DNA of 64,000 nt from Cyanobacteria bacterium P01_A01_bin.123 (GTDB lineage: Bacteria > Cyanobacteriota > Cyanobacteriia > Phormidesmidales > Phormidesmidaceae): contig JBCBZT010000008.1 in NCBI GenBank assembly GCA_039815185.1, positions 32,001-96,000 of the forward strand, in the 5' to 3' direction. Below, one piece after another: positions 28,520 to 38,238 of this stretch (the first letter of the stretch is position 1; each line of letters opens with the position of its first letter). A program made the position numbers and the translations under genes. The notes under the pieces were generated by a model. That model saw only the letters and a program-made list of their open reading frames with translations. It was not told the origin of the DNA and ran no database searches.

Positions 28520-29239
28520 ATGTGGCGATTACACTCCTTTGAACTGAAACCGGCGAGTTTAGATTTTTCTGATCGAGGCATTTGCTCAGTACAGCAACTT
28601 TGGGCCAATGGCCAACGCTTGAGCAATGCAATCAACCTGGTAGATTGGGCGACAAACTCAGCTCAACTCGAAATCTGTGAAGTCTGTGGCATCGTCGGTT
28701 GCGCTGATGGCGGCTGGGTTAGTCTACGTCGCAGTGGTGACTGGGTGCTGATGGTACCTGCTTGGGAAGCGATCGCATCCCGTCCAGACCTCCCCGGCTA
28801 CTACGATCCGCCGTCTTATTTGGTGAAGAACCAGCAGGGCGTCCCCTATTGGCATCAAGCCGACTACCAGCGCTGGCAAGACGAGTTACCTGTAACCCTG
28901 CCAGATCTAGAGACCATTGCACCCCTAACCGCCCACGAAGTCCTGAAAGCATTTCAAATTGAAGCCCCAGCGCGCGTGCTAGGCCGGCTATCTGACCCGC
29001 CTCGACTCAACCCCGAGAGCATCGTGGCAGCATCCGAGGGCAGCCACCTAGAATTGTTACCCCAACTGCAAACCACGATTAAGAAATGGCTCAACTGCGA
29101 TCGCCCTGTCCACATGTCCCCCATCGGCCCAACAGACACCGTGGTTCAGCTTTATATCGATGTTGCAGGTTTTCCTGAATGGTCAGTCTTGGTAGACCCC
29201 GAACGGCTGTATTTACAACCTGGCTTCGCGATCGCTTGA
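28520..29239 (+). CDS. Hypothetical protein with a CxxC-x4-C cluster
   Basis: 239-aa ORF with normal codon usage; ICEVCGIVGCADGGWV; no family recognised. Confidence 0.7.
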   Translation: MWRLHSFELKPASLDFSDRGICSVQQLWANGQRLSNAINLVDWATNSAQLEICEVCGIVGCADGGWVSLRRSGDWVLMVPAWEAIASRPDLPGYYDPPSYLVKNQQGVPYWHQADYQRWQDELPVTLPDLETIAPLTAHEVLKAFQIEAPARVLGRLSDPPRLNPESIVAASEGSHLELLPQLQTTIKKWLNCDRPVHMSPIGPTDTVVQLYIDVAGFPEWSVLVDPERLYLQPGFAIA

Positions 29240-29294
29240 GGGTCAGCTTGGAATTACATCCTTACCAAATCATCCCAAGCTTCTCTAGCTAACC

Positions 29295-30092
29295 TCAAAG
29301 ACTCAATGCAAGTTGAATCGTCCGCTTAGGAGGCTTCAGATTTTCTGGCAAGGGCTCTGGCTCGGGACGCACCGCTGGGCAATGGCGGGCAAACGAACAG
29401 CGATCGCACTGTTTCCCCGTCTTCGGTTGCCAGGTTTGATCGGTCAAAAGCTGCACTGCCAAATCGCTGATCAACCCTTGAACCCTTGTTTTTTGCTCAG
29501 CGCTGGCCTCAAAGCTAATCTTTTCTCCCGTGCGCAAATAGAGCAGAGTCATCCGTTTGAGGGCAGTATTGTAGCGCTGTTCTAGGGCCAGATAATAGAG
29601 CCCCATTTGGATATCGATCGCTTGGGCATCAGGGCGTTGGGGATCTTTGGCAGACTTGTAATCGATCAGCTCCAATCCATCATCAAGCGCATCGAGGCGG
29701 TCGTAACGTCCGCTCAACTTAAACTCGATACCCGACACTTGGAGCTGACCCTGGATGCGACTTTCTACGGCTAACGGACGCCGTAACGCGGGCAATGGCA
29801 AAATATGCTGCTCATAATACTGCTTGAGAATCTGCCAGCCCTCACTCGCCTGGGCTGCACTCAACCCAGCGGACTGGTGTTGCCAGCAGTCGGTGATCCA
29901 ATGGAGCAGCGGTAGCGGATCGAGATAGTGCCACTCACTATAGATTTGAGCCAGGGTGCGGTGGAGGGCTTGCCCCAGGGCAGCTGCCCCAAATACAGCT
30001 GCATCGCCCAAGCCATACTCATAGTGGAAGTAGTAGGCACGGGGGCAGCGGTGATAGGTTTTAAGCTTGGTCGCAGAAAGGTGATAAGCCAT
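29295..30092 (-). CDS. PD-(D/E)XK RecB/AddB/Cas4-like nuclease
   Basis: LSATKLKTYHRCPRAYYF, GRYDRLD...LIDYKS, QMGLY, C-terminal CDRCSFARHC (1+3 Cys Fe-S staple pattern). Confidence 0.88.
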   Translation of the reverse strand: MAYHLSATKLKTYHRCPRAYYFHYEYGLGDAAVFGAAALGQALHRTLAQIYSEWHYLDPLPLLHWITDCWQHQSAGLSAAQASEGWQILKQYYEQHILPLPALRRPLAVESRIQGQLQVSGIEFKLSGRYDRLDALDDGLELIDYKSAKDPQRPDAQAIDIQMGLYYLALEQRYNTALKRMTLLYLRTGEKISFEASAEQKTRVQGLISDLAVQLLTDQTWQPKTGKQCDRCSFARHCPAVRPEPEPLPENLKPPKRTIQLALSL

Positions 30093-30234
30093 AATGCCGA
30101 GAGGTTAGCAGATCTCAGCTAGAGTGGCGGCATTTTGCTCAAATCTGTTGCTAAACGAATAACGCCGCAAACTTTTGCCAGCGCGAACAAGATTCCGCCT
30201 AAGATCGGAGGTGAGCTTCTTCTAACCCAATGCA

Positions 30235-31680
30235 ATGGTCTCCTCCAATCCTCTGCTTAGCCTCGATTTTGAACCTGCGCTGCAATCGTTGGGCGATGAC
30301 TATTACGATCAAGTCGCGGCAGCAGAATTTCCCCAGCACACCCTCCGGTTTCGCAATGATGCCGTTCTGGGCCAGATGGGGCTGGATCCAGCCACAGTCG
30401 CCGACGCGCAGGTGGTCGAAGCCTACGGCAAGTTTCAAGGGCGTGAACCCCTGCTGGCTTTGCGCTATCACGGCTACCAGTTTGGTGAATATAACCCCGC
30501 CCTGGGAGACGGTCGCGGTTTTCTTTACGGTCAGGTGCGAGGGCTCGATGGTGAACTCTACGATTTGGGCACCAAAGGCTCTGGCCCTACTCCATATTCT
30601 CGTGGCGGGGATGGGCGCTTAACCCTGAAGGGTGGCGTACGAGAAGTGTTGGCCGCAGAAGCACTGCATGCCTTGGGGGTCAATACCTCTCGTTGCTTGA
30701 GCATAATTGAAACGGGGGAAGGGCTGTGGCGAGGCGATGAACCGTCGCCGACGCGATCGTCAGTGATGGTGCGCTTTAGTCGATCCCATATCCGCTTCGG
30801 CACCTTTGAACGGTTTGAATTTTTCAAGCGTCCTGATTTAATTCGCAAGTTGCTCGATCACGTGATCGAGGTTTACTATCCCCATCTGCAAGCAATCGCC
30901 GATCGTCAAGAACGAGACGCCAAATTCTATGCTGAACTGGTACAGCGAACAGCGGTTTTAGCCGCCCAGTGGATGTCTGTGGGCTTTTGCCACGCCGTCC
31001 TCAACACCGACAACATGTCGATTACCGGAGAAAGTTTTGACTACGGCCCCTATGCCTTTATGGATCAATATGATCCAAGCTTTACAGCCGCCTATTTTGA
31101 CTATTCGCGACGCTATTGCTACAGGAATCAGCCGATTATTTGCAAGCTCAATCTAGAAATGCTGCAAAAGCCGCTCAAATTGGTGATGGCCGAAGCAGAC
31201 TTGGCGGCAGGACTGGAGCAATTTGCTGCTCACTATCAAAACCACTATCACACTCGCATGCTCAAGAAGCTGGGATTTGATTCATTAGAGTCCGATTTGG
31301 CCGATGAGTTATTAGCCCAAACCCTGCGCTTACTGGAACAGACCCAGGTGGGTTACCACGATTTTTTCACAGGCATCACCCAGCAGTTTGCACCCGGTTG
31401 GCGCGAAGACTCAGACACGATCTTGAGTCCGACGATGCAGGCTTCTGACGCCGATGCCCAAACCCTGCTGGATAACTGGCGACAAATCTATCATCGCTGC
31501 TTGAATCAAGTCCCCAAGACTGCGCTTGCTTCCATGGCCCAAACCCTGAAGCAAACCAATCCCGCAATTGTGTTGCTGCGCCCTGAAATTGAAGCCATTT
31601 GGGAACCGATTACCATAGAAAATAACTGGCAGCCCTTTTACGAACTAATCAAGAAGATTCAGTCACCCTTTGATACTTGA
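30235..31680 (+). CDS. selO: Protein adenylyltransferase SelO (YdiU family)
   Basis: [66 protein letters not shown]. Confidence 0.95.
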   Translation: MVSSNPLLSLDFEPALQSLGDDYYDQVAAAEFPQHTLRFRNDAVLGQMGLDPATVADAQVVEAYGKFQGREPLLALRYHGYQFGEYNPALGDGRGFLYGQVRGLDGELYDLGTKGSGPTPYSRGGDGRLTLKGGVREVLAAEALHALGVNTSRCLSIIETGEGLWRGDEPSPTRSSVMVRFSRSHIRFGTFERFEFFKRPDLIRKLLDHVIEVYYPHLQAIADRQERDAKFYAELVQRTAVLAAQWMSVGFCHAVLNTDNMSITGESFDYGPYAFMDQYDPSFTAAYFDYSRRYCYRNQPIICKLNLEMLQKPLKLVMAEADLAAGLEQFAAHYQNHYHTRMLKKLGFDSLESDLADELLAQTLRLLEQTQVGYHDFFTGITQQFAPGWREDSDTILSPTMQASDADAQTLLDNWRQIYHRCLNQVPKTALASMAQTLKQTNPAIVLLRPEIEAIWEPITIENNWQPFYELIKKIQSPFDT

Positions 31681-31727
31681 GTTGATACTTGAGGCGGATC
31701 TGACTTTGATACTTGAGGCGGATCTGA
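31670..31727 (+). repeat. Nested direct repeats starting in the selO stop region
   Basis: TTGATACTTGAG x3 (31670, 31682, 31706); TTGATACTTGAGGCGGATCTGA x2 (31682-31703, 31706-31727). Confidence 0.9.
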
Positions 31728-31756
31728 ACTAGCGCAAAAGGGTAAGTATTCATGCA

Positions 31757-32185
31757 CTACTGCGACTTTTTTATATCTGAAAAAAGGATAATAAATCCCT
31801 CCTGAGTAAAGTGTTTATCATGGGTCAACACTTCAACAATATTCATTTTCTGCATCACGACCATGGAAATACAGTCTGTCAAACTATAAGCCTTATCTGA
31901 ACGCTGACCATAGAGTGACATGCCTAACTCTCGTACTTCCGATGTGTAAGATACGATGCTTATTCGAGGTTCGCGTACCATTTGAGTGCACAATGCCAGA
32001 GCTTTCTGGCGCATCAAAGCGCCTTGAGTTGAAGCGTAGTTGAGAACTTCATCCAAGACACCATCCGTTGTTACAAGTGGGATGTTAGGATTTTGGCGAG
32101 TATAGTGGAGAGCTGATTTATGCCAGTCATCTCTTGGGTTTAAGAGAGCAAGCCAATAGAAAGTGTCGGCAAAGACAGACTTCAC
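31757..32185 (-). CDS. vapC: PIN-domain (VapC) toxin
   Basis: VFADTFYWLALLNPRD, VLDEVL, YSLTDCIS, LTHDKHFTQEGF; 4-nt overlap with the upstream gene. Confidence 0.9.
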   Translation of the reverse strand: MKSVFADTFYWLALLNPRDDWHKSALHYTRQNPNIPLVTTDGVLDEVLNYASTQGALMRQKALALCTQMVREPRISIVSYTSEVRELGMSLYGQRSDKAYSLTDCISMVVMQKMNIVEVLTHDKHFTQEGFIILFSDIKKSQ

Positions 32186-32439
32186 GTTTGTTGCAATCCC
32201 TTTTTGGGTGTGCCGTAAATATAGTGATTATGCTCAACGGCTCCATCAGTCGGCAATGTATCGAGTATCTGGGGTGGGATATCGGCAGTCAGTTCCTCTA
32301 TAAATTCTGAAAAGGGTGTTGCTTGTCTTTGTTGCCGATGATATTTCATTTTTGCTAGCAATAGGAAGTCAAGCAGTTCTTCAATTACAGGGTTTGGAAC
32401 CTGTTCGATTTCACGGATAAGCAGCTCTTTAGGGGTCAT
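32182..32439 (-). CDS. Putative antitoxin (DUF2281-like)
   Basis: MTPKELLIREIEQVPNPVIEELLDFL...LPTDGAVEHNHYIYGTPK; GTGA coupling to vapC; ATG 32439 preferred over the track start. Confidence 0.8.
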   Translation of the reverse strand: MTPKELLIREIEQVPNPVIEELLDFLLLAKMKYHRQQRQATPFSEFIEELTADIPPQILDTLPTDGAVEHNHYIYGTPKKGLQQT

Positions 32440-32501
32440 GACCAGTCCCGAACGTCCTGAGCTTATTGTAGTTGTTCTGACGATCTCAAGTAAAAAGCTG
32501 A

Positions 32502-33164
32502 TTGACAACAGTATTGTCGTTAAATCGTAGAAATGTTTGTTTGTTAGGGGTGATATTGATCCAACTCCAGCACATCCCCAAAATGATTCGGGCACAGCGT
32601 GAACATCGCTTTGGGGACTTTGCCATTCTCAAAGCTGATTTGCTGGGGGCTAAAGCAAATGATGCGATCGCGCCTCAATTAACGTCCGTCATAGGCTACT
32701 ATCCCCCCATTGATCTAGACGCCTTGCTGCAACTGCCCCAGGACAGCTTTGGCTATGCCTATGCCCAGCACATGAACACTAACCAACTCACACCAATCCA
32801 TGTGAGCCCAGCATTAGATGAAGTGGCGCGTCGCAATGTGTTTGCCCTCCGCTATGCCGTGACGCATGACATTTTCCATGTGTTGTTAGGGTTTGACACC
32901 AGCTATGCCGGAGAAATTGGCGTTCTGGCTTTTGCGGTTGAGCAGGGCTATAGCGAGGGGCAGAAGTTTGCTTTGACCTTGGCCAAGTTGATTTACCCCA
33001 TTCTGGCACCGGGGCAAAGGCAGGCGATCGCGGCCAATGTGAAAACAGGTCAGGCGATCGCCAAACAAGCCGATTTTTTGTTGGGATATCGCTTTGAAGA
33101 CCACTGGCACGAGCCTTTAGAAATAGTGAAAGCTCAACTTAGATTAGATGGAATCAAGAATTAG
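32502..33164 (+). CDS. Coq4 family protein (start uncertain, probably downstream of 32502)
   Basis: LLQLPQDSFGYAY, RYAVTHDIFHVLLGF...GEIGV (HDxxH-x11-E motif). Confidence 0.85.
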   Translation: MTTVLSLNRRNVCLLGVILIQLQHIPKMIRAQREHRFGDFAILKADLLGAKANDAIAPQLTSVIGYYPPIDLDALLQLPQDSFGYAYAQHMNTNQLTPIHVSPALDEVARRNVFALRYAVTHDIFHVLLGFDTSYAGEIGVLAFAVEQGYSEGQKFALTLAKLIYPILAPGQRQAIAANVKTGQAIAKQADFLLGYRFEDHWHEPLEIVKAQLRLDGIKN

Positions 33165-33343
33165 GAAACTTGCAAGAATGGTGATCAGAAACCAGCATAA
33201 TACGACCCGTTCCTAATCACCGCTCTCCCAACCAGTGAGTGCACCCCAGCCATAATTGGTGCATTAGCTATCAACACCATCCTAAACACGGGAAGTGAAT
33301 GATTTCAGTAACGCTGCTGTTCCAGTCAGGGATTAGGATTAAC

Positions 33344-35185
33344 CTAACCCACCTCAGTCGCCACAATCCCGGTTAAGTCATCAAGCTGAGCCATATCGAG
33401 GGGCCGTCCTCCAAAGTTGTCATACATCCTCGCCAATGCGCCTGTAAACGCAGCGTTGTAGTCCAAGGCCACCTCGTTAGCAATAAAATCAGTGCGCACA
33501 TCTTGATAAGCAAAATCATCAGGCGCAGAAGGCCCACCCACTAAGGCCCCATATAGGACATGCTCATTGGGGGCTGAATCGCTGATATTCGTCGTCCCTG
33601 AAGCGGCCCGATGGTGGGGATTCAACGGAGATTCTTCACCAAACCCAACCATATAGCTAAAGTCGTTGGGATTATCCCCCAGGATGTAGTCGATTTGGCT
33701 TTCCGCAAACTCTGAATACTCGCCATTCGGGTCATTAACGGTATCACTATAAACACCAGCTAGAAAAGCCGTATTCGCGGAATACCGGAGCGACCCCCAC
33801 TGATCGAGCCAGGCTAAGCCGCCGTCTGTATAGGATACGCTACCCCCCGGCATCCAGGAGTTGAGCCAACTTTCAACATCATTGCGATATCGAGCGTCAC
33901 CCGTCTCCTGAGCCAGCAAAATTGCGGCACCATAGGATTTGTTATCCCAAGATTGAGTCCAACCGGGGCCAACACTTTGGTAGGCGCTTTCAGCCTTATT
34001 GAGATAGGTCGTATCGGTTTGGCCACTCGCTTCGATCGCTTTATGCAGCCAAACTGCCCCCCAAGTCAGTTCATCGGCGTAACCACTCCATGAATTGTAA
34101 AAGGAGGCCGCATCGGGAATTGCATCAGAATAGTTACCCCGATAGGTATCGGCAAAGTCGTAAAGCTGGATGGCGTTTTCCAAAAGCTTATCGGCATAAT
34201 TTGAATCACTTTCTCGAAACGCGATCGAAGCTGATGCCAGTGCCGCCGCCGCTTCACCCGCTAAATCAGACCCAGGATTTTGCCGATCAATCTTGTAGGC
34301 AGGCCGCGCCATGGTCATATCTTCGGGTGCGCCCCAGTAAGCATGATCGATATCACCATCGCCAACCTGGCCCCAAAATTCTTTGGTCCCGTTGGCATCG
34401 GTGACATGCGCCTTCAGCAGGTAGTCTGTGCCCCATTTGATCGCCTCGAGGGATTCATCCAGCTGCCCACTCTGCTCATAACCCGCCTCATACTCATCTA
34501 CCCCCCAACTCAGCAGGGTCATCGCGGACGCCATGGGCAGACCGAATTTAACATGGTCTCCGGCGTCATAGTAGCCACCGCTTAGATCCACGCCAACATC
34601 AGCACCGTCATTGAGGGCAGAATCGCCCCGCCATTCAATCCGGTTGTCGTCAGGTAAATCGCCAGAACGCTGGGCCTCATAGAATAACAAGGATTTTTGT
34701 AGCGCTTCACCATAGTTGAATTGGCCTGATCCAGCTGGATTACCTGATGGATCCGTTGGGTCGGGTGTTGGATCAGGGGTTGGGTTGGGTGTCGGATCGG
34801 GCGTCGGATCGGGGGTTGGGTCGGGTGTCGGATCAGGGGTTGGATCGGGTGTCGGATCGGGCGTCGGATCAGAGGTTGATGCTAAGGGCTCGCCATTGAG
34901 CTGATAATTGCCAATCTCAATAGCTGCTCCGTTGGGTTTGGCACCATTAAAACCAAAAGTAATCGTGTCTCCGGATGAAACGTTGCTATTCCAGTCGAGA
35001 TTGCCGATGACATAACGGTTGCCTTCACGGCTAAGAATCTCGGCATTCCAGATGTTGGAAATCTCAAAAGAAGCCTCAAATTCAATCGTCCATTCACTCA
35101 AGTCATCACCGGGATTGACCAGCGAAAAATCGGCAGTAAAACCACTGCCCCAATCGTTTCTCACGAAGAGCTCAGCTAAATTCAT
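33344..35185 (-). CDS. Endoglucanase: CBM2 - Pro/Thr linker - GH9 catalytic domain
   Basis: NDWGSGF...IWNA...ITFGFNG (CBM2); (PTPD)n linker; YGEALQKSLLFYEAQRSG, GGYYDAGDHVKFG, PHHRAAS, GALVGGP, NEVALDYNA. Confidence 0.95.
   Translation of the reverse strand: MNLAELFVRNDWGSGFTADFSLVNPGDDLSEWTIEFEASFEISNIWNAEILSREGNRYVIGNLDWNSNVSSGDTITFGFNGAKPNGAAIEIGNYQLNGEPLASTSDPTPDPTPDPTPDPTPDPTPDPTPDPTPNPTPDPTPDPTDPSGNPAGSGQFNYGEALQKSLLFYEAQRSGDLPDDNRIEWRGDSALNDGADVGVDLSGGYYDAGDHVKFGLPMASAMTLLSWGVDEYEAGYEQSGQLDESLEAIKWGTDYLLKAHVTDANGTKEFWGQVGDGDIDHAYWGAPEDMTMARPAYKIDRQNPGSDLAGEAAAALASASIAFRESDSNYADKLLENAIQLYDFADTYRGNYSDAIPDAASFYNSWSGYADELTWGAVWLHKAIEASGQTDTTYLNKAESAYQSVGPGWTQSWDNKSYGAAILLAQETGDARYRNDVESWLNSWMPGGSVSYTDGGLAWLDQWGSLRYSANTAFLAGVYSDTVNDPNGEYSEFAESQIDYILGDNPNDFSYMVGFGEESPLNPHHRAASGTTNISDSAPNEHVLYGALVGGPSAPDDFAYQDVRTDFIANEVALDYNAAFTGALARMYDNFGGRPLDMAQLDDLTGIVATEVG
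34752..34870 (-). repeat. 12-nt tandem repeat encoding the DPTP linker
   Basis: About 10 copies of Asp-Pro-Thr-Pro with synonymous variation. Confidence 0.9.
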
Positions 35186-35574
35186 GTTTTTGGTTGAAGC
35201 CTTACGACAAGATCAGAACAAGACCCATTCGGCACAGCGAAATAAGTAACTGGGTACTGGAATCTTGGTAAATGCAGTTGTCAACTGAAAGCAGAGAATT
35301 AACCTTGAAAAAGAATTCAAAAATCAGGCGTCAGAACTCAGTTCCCCACTCAGTATAGGCAGGGATATTTGTTTATGCCGTACAGAAAATGTGAGAAAAA
35401 ATCTGGCATGTAGTACAAAAAGTGCCGAAGATCTTTTCCGTATCTGCATTAAGGCAATTTCTCCAAAGGAATATACCGGGAGCCCCCTGCGCCCAAATCC
35501 TGTGTAGAGTTGATTCTTTAGCCAAAAGATATTTCTGAGGGAAAGCCAATGTCAAAGTCGTTAAAGGTTTTTGA

Positions 35575-35642
35575 GGCCCCCAAATCCTAAATCTTGGGCT
35601 TTGAGTCTTGTCTCCCCCAGGATTGGTGGGCTAGGGAAGGCC
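35575..35642. repeat. Degenerate cyanobacterial intergenic repeat
   Basis: GGCCCCCAAATCC...TCCCCCAGGATTGGTGGGCTAGGGAAGGCC resembles the CCCCCAGAATTGGGGG-type element of filamentous cyanobacteria. Confidence 0.45.
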
Positions 35643-35664
35643 TGGATAACCTTTGAGTGCCTAT

Positions 35665-36534
35665 CTAGCCCACCTCAGCCGTCATTGTGATGACGGTTTC
35701 CACTGTAGCTCCAGGCTCTGCCGTGAGTAGATGCTTGCCCGTATTAAGGGCATTGCGGGGGCCGCTCCAGGGTTCAACGCAGTAAAAGTCTTTACCCTTC
35801 ACTGCCCAAAACACCAGGGTAGAGTAGTTCGAGTCATACTCAATGGTGAGCTTCAGGTTTCTACTCGCGTCGGTGACGCTGGCAGACGGGCCGGTGAGGT
35901 TAATAAAGGCGAAATCGATTTCATCTTGATCGAAGTCAAACTGACCGGAGAAATCGTGAACTTCACTGCCCCCTTTAATTTGATATTGAGTCGAGGGCAG
36001 GTTAACGGTGAGTTGACCTTTGTCAGCCACCGCAAAGTAGGGGTGAATGCCAGTAGAAAAGGGCATGGGCTGCTGAGACAGATTGGTGTGGCAATACCGC
36101 AGTTCTAGGGTGTTGCCCTTCAGGGTGTAGCTATAGTTCAGTTCAAAGTCAAAGGGATAGCCTGCACGGGTGGCGTCGCTGCTTTTGAGGGTAACAGTGA
36201 GGCTAACGCCGTCGTCGGTCGATTGCTCGGTGACCTCCCAGGGCAGGGTACGGGCAAAGCCGTGTTGCTTTTGGGCGTAGGTTTGGCCATTGAGTGTATA
36301 AGTGTCGTCAACCAGGTTGCCGCAGATGGGAAACAGCAGCGGAATCCCCCCCCGCACCGACAAGCTGGGATCTTTGAAGCGCTCTGCATCTAGGTAAAAC
36401 ACTTCCTGCCCTTGGACTTGCCAACTGGTGATGATGCCACCCCGTTCTGGCACCACCTTGATTTGGGTTTGGGTGGCCTCATCAGAGAGAACGTAGGTTT
36501 TATATTGTTGTTGCTCAACGGCGATCGCGACCAT
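35665..36534 (-). CDS. Aldose 1-epimerase family protein
   Basis: VRGGIPLLFPICG, QHGFAR, GIHPYF, FYCVEPW. Confidence 0.92.
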   Translation of the reverse strand: MVAIAVEQQQYKTYVLSDEATQTQIKVVPERGGIITSWQVQGQEVFYLDAERFKDPSLSVRGGIPLLFPICGNLVDDTYTLNGQTYAQKQHGFARTLPWEVTEQSTDDGVSLTVTLKSSDATRAGYPFDFELNYSYTLKGNTLELRYCHTNLSQQPMPFSTGIHPYFAVADKGQLTVNLPSTQYQIKGGSEVHDFSGQFDFDQDEIDFAFINLTGPSASVTDASRNLKLTIEYDSNYSTLVFWAVKGKDFYCVEPWSGPRNALNTGKHLLTAEPGATVETVITMTAEVG

Positions 36535-36756
36535 AAGTTAGCCTTCCAAAAACAACTCCTGCTCCTAAGGTCGCACACAATGGCCCCCGCAAGGTTCTCA
36601 AAAGATTATGAAGCGGTTAAGGTCAGTCATGGCGGCACGATTCACTGAGGCTCGTGCTAGTCTCTGTTCTATGTGAGGCGAGCCGTATTTTTCCACCCCG
36701 ACCATCAGATCCGAAAATTGTGCACAAACGATAGGCCAACATAGGGAGTTTCTATC

Positions 36757-38238
36757 ATGTCTGAGCCCAATGGCGTGATGATGCAATACTTTCACTGGTA
36801 CATCCCCTCGGATGGGAACCTTTGGAATCAGGTCAAAGATCAGGCTAAAGATTTAGCGGCGGCTGGGGTTACGTCTCTTTGGCTACCCCCTGCCTACAAA
36901 GGCACAGGCGGCGGTTATGACGTCGGCTATGGCGTTTACGACATGTTCGATCTGGGGGAGTTTGATCAAAAAGACTCAGTTCGGACTAAATATGGCACTA
37001 AGAATGAGTACATCGCGGCTATTCAAGCCGCCCATACAGCGGGTATTCACGTTTATGCTGATGTCGTCTTCAACCACAGACTGGGAGCCGACCAAACTGA
37101 AGAAGCCGAAGCCAGACCCTTCAACCCCGATGATCGCAACCATCCCCTCGGTGATTACCGCACCATCCAAGCCTGGTCTCATTTCACGTTTCCCGGTCGG
37201 CAGGGTAAGTATTCTGACATGGAGTGGCACTGGTGGCACTTCGACGCCGTGGACTACAACGCCAGAGGCGATGGCCCCCAGGCCGTGTATCTCTTCAAAG
37301 ACAAAGCCTTCGACCAAAACGTCGATTTAGAAAAGGGCACCTTTGACTACCTGATGGGCTGCGACCTCGACATGGCCCACCCAGACGTCCAAAACAACCT
37401 CAAAGACTGGGGCGCTTGGTTTGTCGAAACCACCGATGTGGATGGCTTCCGGTTTGATGCCGTGAAGCATGTGCGGGCAGAGTTCTTTTCGGAATGGCTG
37501 CACCACTGTCGCCAGCAGTCTGACAAACCCCTGTTTGCAGTGGGCGAGTATTGGTCTTACGCGGTGGAGGCGCTCCATCACTTTATTAAAGTGACCGACG
37601 GGGATGTGATGTTGTTTGATGCCCCGTTGCACTACAACCTCAGCGCCGCCAGTACGGCAGGTTCAAGCTATGACCTGCGCCAAATCTTTGACAATACTCT
37701 GGTCAAACAGCAACCGGCTTTAGCCGTCACCCTGGTTGAGAATCACGACTCCCAACCGCTGCAAGCACTGGAATCGGTTGTAGAGAGTTGGTTTAAGCCC
37801 TTGGCCTACGCCTTAATTTTGTTACGGCGCGATGGGTATCCCTGTATTTTCTATGCCGACTATTACGGGGCCCATTACACCGACAAAGGACGCGACGGCA
37901 ATGAGCATGAAATTTGGCTCGACAGCCATCAATGGATCATTGATAAATTTCTAGAGGCCCGTCGCACCTACGCCTATGGCGATCAGTATGACTACTTTGA
38001 CCACGCTAATACCCTCGGTTGGACGCGGCTGGGAGATGAAAAACATCCGGGTGGCATGGCTGTGGTGCTCAGCAACGGCGAGGCGGGGACAAAATGGATG
38101 GAAGTGGGCCAAGCCGACTGTACCTATATTGACTTGACGGAACACATCAGTGAGTCGGTCACAACTAACGATGAGGGTTGGGGTGAGTTTCGCTGTAATG
38201 GCGGGTCGGTATCGGTTTGGGTGCCCCAGGCGTCATAG
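36757..38238 (+). CDS. amyA: Cytoplasmic alpha-amylase (GH13)
   Basis: NGVMMQYFHWY, WLPPAYKG, DVVFNH, GFRFDAVKH, GEYW, VENHDSQP, GGSVSVWV. Confidence 0.93.
   Translation: MSEPNGVMMQYFHWYIPSDGNLWNQVKDQAKDLAAAGVTSLWLPPAYKGTGGGYDVGYGVYDMFDLGEFDQKDSVRTKYGTKNEYIAAIQAAHTAGIHVYADVVFNHRLGADQTEEAEARPFNPDDRNHPLGDYRTIQAWSHFTFPGRQGKYSDMEWHWWHFDAVDYNARGDGPQAVYLFKDKAFDQNVDLEKGTFDYLMGCDLDMAHPDVQNNLKDWGAWFVETTDVDGFRFDAVKHVRAEFFSEWLHHCRQQSDKPLFAVGEYWSYAVEALHHFIKVTDGDVMLFDAPLHYNLSAASTAGSSYDLRQIFDNTLVKQQPALAVTLVENHDSQPLQALESVVESWFKPLAYALILLRRDGYPCIFYADYYGAHYTDKGRDGNEHEIWLDSHQWIIDKFLEARRTYAYGDQYDYFDHANTLGWTRLGDEKHPGGMAVVLSNGEAGTKWMEVGQADCTYIDLTEHISESVTTNDEGWGEFRCNGGSVSVWVPQAS

Noticed and set aside
31670..31727. 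Mini CRISPR array near the Cas4-like gene
   Set aside because: Repeats are adjacent, with 0-2 nt between them and no spacers.
35186..35600. Riboswitch (e.g. c-di-GMP) in the long leader of the cellulase gene
   Set aside because: I could not find the conserved aptamer motifs by eye; an Rfam scan would be needed.
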